A DNA stretch of 64,000 nucleotides from Paraspadella gotoi (Eukaryota > Animalia > Chaetognatha), in contig CM119270.1 in the NCBI GenBank assembly GCA_051294375.1, forward strand, positions 13,043,407 to 13,107,406, in the 5' to 3' direction. A program made the translations under genes and the position numbers. Below, in pieces: positions 56,652 through 64,000 of the stretch; the stretch's first letter is position 1, and every line of letters starts with the position of its first letter. The notes below the pieces were generated by a model. It made no database searches. It was given only the letters and a program-made list of their open reading frames with translations, and had not been told where the DNA came from.

Positions 56652-59600
56652 ATGTTGTTTAAAAAGCCACTCGGACGCCAACCTCCCGCGGCCACCACCG
56701 GTAGGGACTACGACTCCAGCGGGGCCGCTACACCGGCGAGCCCCGGCGGCGGATACGATAGCGGATCCGCCATTAATGAGGCCAACTCCGGCAGAGGAGA
56801 CGACGCTAGAGTCGGCAACCTCGACATCGCGGGTTCCGATTCTAGCGTCGGTGTTGGCTCGATCAAAAGCAATGCCAAAGTCGGCGGCGTTAACGTCGTT
56901 GAAACAAATGCGACAAAGGAAAGCCTCGCTAAAGTCGGCGATGTCAGCTTTCCCATAGCCAACACCCCAAAAGGACATGGCGCCAGAGTGGCCAACACCG
57001 GCATTTCAGAAACCAGCACCGTCAAAGGATTCGAAGGCGAGGTCAGCAGGGTTCGCCTCACCGACGCCGGAGTTGGCAGCGTCGGCAAAGATGACTCTAC
57101 TGCTTCAGACAGCAGCGTCGGCAGAAGCGTCGCGACCAACGACGCCAACTTCGGCACACCGGCGAACGAATCGGTGCCGTCGCCGACGACGACGAAACGA
57201 GTGACGATCGTCGAATCGCCGTCGATGTCGCCACCGCCGAGAAGCCCCGCAGCCGCCGCTGCTCCGCTGCCCTTCAACAACCGAAACGGACAACCGCCGA
57301 ATCTCCCGCCGTCCTGCCTAAAAGGCGCCTCCTCGTCAGCGTCCGCCGTAGCCGCTGCCGCGGCTCTGGCCGCCGCTACCCCTTCGGCCGGGGTAGCTTG
57401 GTCGTCGTCGTTGGCGGCGGCGGCGGCGGCAGCGGCAGCGACTCCGCCGGGATCGAGCGAAAAAAAGGCAAAATTTGTCGGAAAGAGTAACAAAAGGGAA
57501 ATGAAAATGAAGACAAAAGCGCAAGGTAAGAGTCAATTGTGAATCAACTATTTTACTTGAATAACTGGTGTTTATATGTTGTATTAAGTTTTTTTGATAT
57601 TTTAACTCCTTCATAAATAATCATCGCTTATCGTTCATTGTTCCTCTTTTCACTTCCCCCTACTCCACCGTAACCCTTCAGACGACCCCGACATCGGCGT
57701 CAACATTCCACCCCTCGATTCTCTTCCCGCCCCCCGCGTCTCACGCGCCGCTTTCACCCTCCCCGGCGCCGCTTTTCCCGCGCCCGGCGCCAACGCGCGG
57801 CGTCACCCTGCCTCGCCGCCGTCTCCACCCACGGCGCCACTGGCCACGTCGCCCCTGGACCAAGGTTCGCCAGGGACGGCGACTCGATCGCGCAGCGTGG
57901 AACGCGACCTGGAAGAATTTGTGCGGTCTTGCAGCGTAGCTCGGCAATCGAGGGCGCGTAGCGTGGCTAACCCCAGGGAGATCGGGCCGGAGCGTAGCGG
58001 GAAAGACCCGGACGACAGATCCTTGAGTCGATTGGACGATCTCATCAATGACGTCGTCAGCACCTCTACCGTCAACCGAAAGTATATTTGATTGCTCTAA
58101 CCTAATAATGTTAACTATTTTATCAAAGCGTTTAAATATATATATATATACTTTTTTTAGAAAATGTTTTTTTTAGCATGACGACTAAATAGTCAATTAA
58201 TTTTATTTTAAATGCGTGAGTTAATTTTTTTTTATCTTCAATATTATTTTTTAAAAAAGAAAGTTATTGTGGATATTTTCAACGACTATTTCAACAAAGA
58301 TTTTTACCAATCAGAACCCAGTATAAAATGTGGATCTCCATCCATCCTATCTATCCCTACACCCCATCTCCCCCCTTTCAACGCCAGATCCCCTTCCTCT
58401 CCGCGGACCATCGAAGCGGTCAACTTCGATCTCGGCCGCGCTCCGTCGCCGCCGCAACGGAGCCGCGCCGCGAAGGAGCAACAGAAATCGCGGAGCCGCA
58501 GCGTGATCCGTGACCAGGATCTTGAGCGGATGCAGCGCAGCGTAGCCTCGATGTCGCGCGGACCGCGGGCTTTCAGCGCAGGAAGAGAACAGAGCCTCGG
58601 TCGGGAGTTTAGCGTCGGTAGAGACTTTGCCGGGATGGAATCGACAGTCTCCAAGGGTGAGGCTTAACCTTGGGTCCGGAAATTGTGATACAATTTTGAC
58701 TAGCGTAAGGGAAAATTATCTAATATGATCTTAAATGAGATTGAATTTCTCAATCTTATTTACATATTGTAGTATTGAACTTGAATTGATTCATTTTCGT
58801 TTTGGATTTCAATATTAATTCGGTTTCTCGGTTTTTCAGTACTTAAATATAACCTTTAGCAATACTGGTGATTAATTAATGATTATAATTTAATATTTTA
58901 TTGCTTAGAGATTGACTTGTTCTTACTTGGTTATCTCTTTATTAGTTATCGCTATGTTTATTAATTATCGCGTTCTCTTTTTTTTCTTTCACGCTTTTAC
59001 CATTTTCGTGTTTTTTTTTATCCCGTCTTCTTCCCAAATCCTCTTGACTTTCTTTTCCCCCTTCCTCTCTTCCCACCCTTTTCTTCCCCCCCCACTCCCT
59101 CTCTACCCTACTCCCCCATTCCCCCATTTCCCCTCTCCAACTCCCCCCAAGTCTACGTGGCCAGCCTGGAGCCGTCGGACAAGCTCTGCATGAAAGTCCG
59201 CGCGGCGATCCAACGCGAGGTCACGATGACCAACAAGGTCGTGGATCTCGTCTGGAACAAAATCCAGAGTCTCAAGGAGACGAACGACATCATGGAGGAC
59301 ATCATCTGCCAGACGGAGGACGAATTGTGGTGAGATTTCATCGATTGATTGATTGACTGTTCTCTGTGATTAATTTTTTATATTGATTGGCGGATCACTC
59401 ACTGTAAATGGGCAATTTGTTTTTTTTTGATTGATAAAGTTGAGTTCATTATCTAGCTTTTGATCAATGGCTTGATTAAATAATTAATTTAAATTTGATT
59501 GATTTACCCCCTGAATCCCTGATTAAATTATAATACTTCTTGTAATGTTTAATTATATCACTAAATAATCCATAAATCAACTGAAATCAATTAACCAAAT

Positions 59601-59927
59601 CCGTTCGTCCGCAGTTACTGCGAGGAACTGACCGAGGCCGTTGGTCTCGATCTGGCGGACATCCTCTCCGACGCCGAAGAGCGCAACGGAGTCCTCGACG
59701 AAGAGTTCCAGCTGCTGCAGGAATTGAAGGAAGAGCAGCGGCTGGAAGGCGGCGAGGGCGGCGGCGGAGAAGGCTGCGTCGGCGACGGATGCGGCGGCGC
59801 GGACGACAAGCTGCGTCGAAAGACCTCCTTCGACACCATGAAAAAAAAAGCGCGAAAAAAATTTACGAGACTCAAGAGGAGAGAGAGCGAAGACATCATG
59901 AACTCCACCAAGTGCAAGATCTCATGA
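56652..59927 (+). CDS. Unrecognised 5-exon protein: low-complexity N-terminus, helical acidic domain, polybasic plus CaaX (CKIS) C-terminus
   Basis: Exons 56652-57525, 57682-58081, 58388-58656, 59152-59329 and 59615-59927 join in phase with GT-AG boundaries; composition is GC-rich and coding-like. Confidence 0.75.
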
Positions 59928-61057
59928 AGGGAGTGTTGACTAGGGGAAAGGGCCGACATCCTATGGGACTTGGTCAAACTTCCCTTCGAGAAGTCTGAAG
60001 AATTGTACATTCACAGAAAATTTTAAATTCAATTCTCAGAAAATGAATTTTTAAGTTATTCGAAATTATCCATTAAAATAGTTTATTTTAGTTATGTTAG
60101 CAGGTCTTTATACAAAACATTGTAACAGACCTTGTGTTTTACCAGTGCGAGTAATCGCCAAAAAGAAACCATAACAGTTTAAAAAAGTTTTAAATGAGTC
60201 CAAACACAAACTAGCCTAAATAAGCTTTTCTCCCTTTTTCTCTTGACCACGGCCGCAGTGATGGACTGAATAAAAATGAATCATATTTCTTTTAAGAGTT
60301 GATATTTATTGTTTGACGTTTTCCTCCTCCTTTAAAATTTCGTCCAATGGAATTTTGATTACTGCCTTTGTTACTGATGTCTTCAACGTTGACGTAATAG
60401 AATTTATTTTCTTTCCTTTTCTTTTCTCTCTTTAATAGGAGGCTCGATCCTGGTTCAGCTCAGTTATTCTTAATATGATCGCCAAAAAACTAATTATAAA
60501 TCCTCGTATAATCGAAATTCTTGTCGTTCAATAAATCTGTGATCGTTTCGCCGTCGTCGACAATCGTATGACGGGACACATGAACGGCAAGAATGGCGCG
60601 AGTTGGAGTCGAAAGATCGGACCGAATTTGGGAACCATTTTAAACGCCAGGGGCATCCAGAGATCTTTCTGAAAACAAAATAGCAAAAGCCATAAAATAA
60701 ATTTTTTTTAGTTATGAAAATCGTCTACGATTCCACTTAATTTTTATTGTTCAGACCAGTGAAGTCGTTTAATATTTTGTCAGATAGAATAAGAATAACA
60801 ATAAGAACGTTTGTCAACTTTTAGCTGCAGTTGTTTTTGTATTGTATTGTATTGTATTGTTGCTCTTGAATTTGTTCATTTTTTTCGTGTCAATGTCATT
60901 ATTGTCGACAAAAACTTTTTTTGGAAAACTATCATAGAAACAAAATGTTTTTTCTGCCTTACGTTAATTAGATTCACAACAAAGGAAATAAAGAGAACTT
61001 TAAGAGACTTTAACTTTAATACTTGTTATGAGTTAGTGACAGAAGAGTTCAATATAA

Positions 61058-61230
61058 GCAGTTCCTGAGCTTCGGACCAGGCTGTAACACCGTGTTACAG
61101 ACGGGTTAAGCGCCCCGTTCCTCTTAACTGGTAGGAGACCACCTTGCTAGAACCTTTGGGTAGGGAGGCGAATGACTTGCCTCCTGAACCAATGGCAGCT
61201 GATGAACGGATGGTGAATTTTAGTCCACCA
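61058..61230 (+). other. Structured element with partial HDV-like ribozyme landmarks
   Basis: Hairpins at 61082-61100 and 61164-61184; crossed pairings 61104-61110/61123-61129 and 61115-61120/61204-61209. Confidence 0.3.
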
Positions 61231-62247
61231 TAAAATAAATACAAGATGTACATACGTATAAATTTATAAAGTTTAAAATGATTACCACAAAAAGTACTTC
61301 TTAATTCACATTAGACTTAGCGAACTTTTAATTTTAAGAAAAGAACAAATAGATAAAAGAAACTTTGCCAAGTGACTCACGGCATTTAAGGAATTCACGT
61401 TCACCGAAAAAAGAGGACGAGTTCTGGGGTTGCGCGAGTCACTCGGTCAAAACTTCTGACTCACCGAAGATGGAAATTAAATCAAAAGATTCACATCCAC
61501 TTCGAGCTTATCAGCCTTGTGTAAATACAAAAAAAAAAATTAACAATATTTCTGTCTCCTGGGACCTAAAAGTTTTTTTTATCGTTCTTCTTCTACTGAC
61601 TGGAGTGGAGGCGTAGGTTTGATGCTCCTCAAAATAAGTGGAAATTCTCTCTACTACTTCGGCATAGAAATTTGTCTCAAATATTTACAGAGGGATACAA
61701 GGGGAGATTGGCTACTTTTTTATTTCCTTTCATTGTTTTTTCATGTCCTTTTTTGGTCAACTTAAAGCTAGATACAGTTCAGTTGTTTTAAAATTTTGAA
61801 ATAAAAAAACTAATACGTACTTTTAGCGACGAAACCCCCCCTCCCTTACGGAAAAGAATTCCGCTTTCCAAGAGAATCAAATATCTTCGTACCAAATGAA
61901 CTCGTACAGACGCGCCACCCTCTCGGCTCAAAGACGCAATTTTGAATTTTTCATGAACTCATCGTACAATCAAGATTTTTAAATTCAGCGGCTGAATTTT
62001 TTTTTCTGAGGATTTGCATTTGCGTATTTTCGAGTTGATGTGTCGGGAACGGAAAGGGGGAGAAAATCAGGGTCATAAGAGTAAGATGAACTGAAATGTG
62101 CGGTCGTAGTAAGCAGGTGTGGTAGTGGGTTGGGTTATAAAGTCAAGTCTGGCACGCCAGCTGAGTAAAGAAGGTGAGGAAAATACCATGGGGCCGACGA
62201 TTTCGTGCCGAAGAACCGAGATCGTGCCACTGGTGCACCGCCTACCA

Positions 62248-62249
<2 letters not shown>

Positions 62250-62294
<45 letters not shown>

Positions 62295-62452
62295 TTCTCT
62301 CTCCTTCTCTCCTCTCTCTCCTCTTCTCTCTCCACCGCCACCGCCCCCGAAAGAAAGCAGAGAGGTTACGTCGGTCCCACCGCAAAACAACCGCCATCTC
62401 GTTTCGCCGAAAAGGGAGAATAAGAGTAGGGATTTTGTCGCGTGTCTCTCTC

Positions 62453-62510
<58 letters not shown>

Positions 62511-62872
62511 TTTTTTTGTCTTTCTCCCGACCTCCCTTCCTTCCTCCTTCCTCCCTCTTTCCCTCTCTGCTGCATTTTTCATGGGGCAGAGAAACTCAAA
62601 GAATCATCGTTAGTGAGAGAGAGAGAGAGGAGAGAGAGAGAGAGGAGGAGAGAGAGAAGAGAGGAGAGAGAAGAGAGAGGAGGACGATACAGAGAGGAGA
62701 GATGAGACGGAGAGAGAGAGAGAGAACTAGACAGAAAAGAAAAGAAAGGATGAGGAGGCAGAGCGATTGGAGGAAAGGGAGGAGGAGGAGTAAAAGGAAG
62801 AGAATTATGGGGCGACTCTCTCTCTCTCTGTGTGTCTCACTCTCTCTCTCTCTTTTTCTCTCTCTCTCTCTC
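62250..62872. repeat. Cluster of (CT)n/(GA)n microsatellites
   Basis: Directly visible; source of the spurious RERE/SLSL ORFs. Confidence 0.9.
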
Positions 62873-62884
62873 GTACCGAGGAGG

Positions 62885-63075
62885 GGGATGACGTCACGTT
62901 TGGTCTCGTGATCACGTGACCTTCGTCTCGCTTCTCTCCCCTTCCCCCACCCTTCCCCTGCCTCCTCCCCCACTACGCCGACCGGACCAATCGCTTCGCG
63001 GCAGAATCCTCGCTGGATCACGTGACTCCTTTTCTCCGACTAATCGAAGGCTGGCAGATTCTTCTCGACCAATCA
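62885..63075. promoter_or_regulatory. Promoter-like cluster: CRE, two E-boxes, two CCAAT boxes
   Basis: TGACGTCA at 62889, ATCACGTGAC at 62911 and 63017, CCAAT at 62987 and 63069, all in a CpG-rich patch. Confidence 0.55.
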
Positions 63076-63352
63076 GCGAAGAACAGACAATTCTCGGCCG
63101 GCTCGAATCGCTCCCTTTCGAGCCTCTCCGTATGAAATCGTCCGGCCGGCGTCCGCGCGGAGGATTTTCGACGCTGCGTCGTCGCCGAAACGCGCGTGAC
63201 GCGTTTTCGCCCGTCTCGACGAGGTTAAGTAGTTACATCCGGGGAAAGTCCGCCGCGGATTCGGGATCCGGATGAAGCCGGACCAGACCCGCGACTTCTG
63301 TTCGGACAGGGAGAATCCGTGGTCGGGCGGTGGCGGTGTGGGAGGGGGAGTC

Positions 63353-63355
<3 letters not shown>

Positions 63356-63446
<91 letters not shown>
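63356..63446. repeat. (GA)n microsatellite, about 45 units
   Basis: Directly visible. Confidence 0.97.
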
Positions 63447-63448
<2 letters not shown>

Positions 63449-64000
63449 TCTATCTCATCCTTCAGCCCAACAACCGAGTCCGTTGATGTCGACGGAGCTT
63501 TTTCGACCTCGACGACCGAATGCGTAAAATTGTGTTGATTCTATTTCATTGTTTTTCCTTCTTTTCTTCTTTTCTTTCTGTTCGTTCAACCGGACGAAGT
63601 TGTTGAACAAGCAGCAACGTTTATCGCGAGTTGAAAGGAAGGAAGAAAACCGAAAATACGCTGGACTCGGATGTAAAGGCACGAGATTCGATTCGTTAAA
63701 CTTCGTGACGGAATTCGTCAACGACACGAAACGTGGAATTTAACAACAACAACAAAATTCGTGATCGTGAAATTCTGAGTCGCGAAATCCCGAGGAAGAC
63801 GGGGGGAGGAATGGCGACGTTTCGCTCGGATTACCTGCATCGCGGGATGACCACTTCTTTCGTCACATTCCGACACACGTCGTCTTGGATTCTTCGTCAC
63901 TCTCTCTCTCTCTTTCCGAGCGTCGTCTTTCACCAAATCTCGTTCGGCAATTTCTTTAGATTGTTTTCTCCGACGATGAGTCAACAACCAAATAAAATGA

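Noticed and set aside
56637-57493. Minus-strand 261-aa and 113-aa ORFs
   Set aside because: Antisense shadows of a GC-rich coding exon; splice signals support the + strand.
61199-61220. CTGATGA...GAA hammerhead core
   Set aside because: GAAT instead of GAAA, a 2-bp stem II, and no stems I or III.
62073-63538. RERE/SLSL ORFs on both strands
   Set aside because: Produced by (GA)n/(CT)n microsatellites.

Overview
Eukaryotic (metazoan-type) genomic DNA, not prokaryotic. It is intron-rich, with mostly 50-90 nt spliceosomal introns, CpG-rich exons and a standard genetic code (TAA, TAG and TGA all end genes). The ORF track is largely exon fragments, so gene models were spliced by hand. Positions 0.6-48.6 kb hold nine consecutive + strand genes: C18orf32/UPF0729, clathrin heavy chain (42 exons), LSm4, NPRL2, Rab35, USP6NL/RN-tre RabGAP, CFAP410/C21orf2, calpain-7 and CCDC142. 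A tenth + strand gene, an SLC22-family transporter, is nested in a 5.9 kb CCDC142 intron. Beyond this lie a minus-strand ninjurin with two alternative first exons, an unrecognised five-exon gene ending in a polybasic stretch plus CaaX, and a (GA)n-rich region with a promoter-like CRE/E-box/CCAAT cluster. Best leads: the operon-like, endolysosomal-themed co-oriented array; the same-strand nested gene; a structured H/ACA-like RNA candidate in clathrin intron 3; an HDV-ribozyme-like relic at 61.1 kb; a Mutator-like MITE carrying TTAGGG-like repeats; frequent AAG splice acceptors. Several single-base frame breaks suggest indel errors in the assembly. No database searches were possible, so family calls rest on recalled conserved motifs.
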